Assembly: GCA_964247055.1 (NCBI GenBank)
Contig: OZ176059.1
Span: 1,364,001-1,428,000, forward strand
DNA from: Paragordius varius
Taxonomy: Eukaryota; Animalia; Nematomorpha
Length of the DNA stretch: 64,000 bases
Direction of reading: 5' to 3'
Shown one piece after another: positions 63,519 to 64,000 of the stretch (its first letter is position 1; every line of letters starts with the position of its first letter). The notes under the pieces were generated by a model that saw only the letters and a program-made list of their open reading frames with translations, made no database searches and was not told where the DNA came from. The translations under genes and the position numbers were made by a program.

Positions 63519-64000
63519 ACAACATATATATGATGTTGAAGGGTTAAAAAATGTGAAACCCTTTAATTAAATATTCACCATTATGTATTACTACTTAGCG
63601 CAATGGAGTTGGTCAGATAAGAATCTTATTTTGGGGTTTCAAAGAAACCTAAATATATTAAAAGATAAAATAAGTCATATATTTGTGTTGGCCAATATCT
63701 AAGTATCAATAGGTGTTTAAGTAAAAGTAATTTATTATATTTGCAAGTATATTTATATCTACCAAATACCTTATAGAATAGCGATTAATACTTTATATTT
63801 AAACATTACATTAAAAATATTATCGATGTTAACTATGAAAGCATTTACCTTAATAATCATTTATTATTTATCACACTAAATATTATTTAAGTAAAATAAA
63901 TAATCTACATTTATTATTAAAATATACTTGTAAAATTTCTGGTTAGAATTGAGAAAAACTTATCGGGGATGAAAACAAAATGTCGGCCAACTAAGTTCTA

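Noticed and set aside
1-64000. Alternative genetic code, prokaryotic defence system or viral insertion
   Set aside because: All conserved proteins translate with the standard code and end at TAA or TAG. No operon-like, phage or viral ORFs are present.

Overview
Very AT-rich (roughly three-quarters A+T by eye) eukaryotic, animal-like genomic DNA with GT-AG spliceosomal introns. I see no prokaryotic features, rRNA, tRNA or CRISPR array. Five protein-coding genes could be assembled by hand with frame-consistent splice phases. (1) A PRRC2/BAT2-family gene, minus strand, running off the window start. (2) An orphan ~700-aa low-complexity protein with one C-terminal transmembrane helix, plus strand. 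(3) eIF4A-III/DDX48, minus strand, 7 exons, 411 aa. (4) RPL37A/eL43, plus strand, 4 exons, 92 aa. (5) A much enlarged PNUTS/PPP1R10 orthologue, minus strand, 19 exons, ~1580 aa. Intergenic DNA and long introns are full of non-autonomous DNA transposons: piggyBac-like TTAA MITEs, Tc1/mariner-like TA MITEs, hAT elements with 8-bp TSDs, an element with a 3-bp AAT TSD, long foldbacks, and a modular element built from 21-bp repeats. There are also two dead mariner transposases and LINE relics. The most striking observations are: 23-26-nt micro-introns confined to the 5' ends of genes, alongside kb-scale introns; (TA)n tracts and palindromic elements sitting at splice sites; the modular CCATTTAC foldback family; and the remodelled PNUTS (N-terminal extension with SIM-like motifs, split TFIIS-N domain, altered PP1-docking motif). 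The organism cannot be named from the sequence alone. All gene models are manual and unverified by transcripts.
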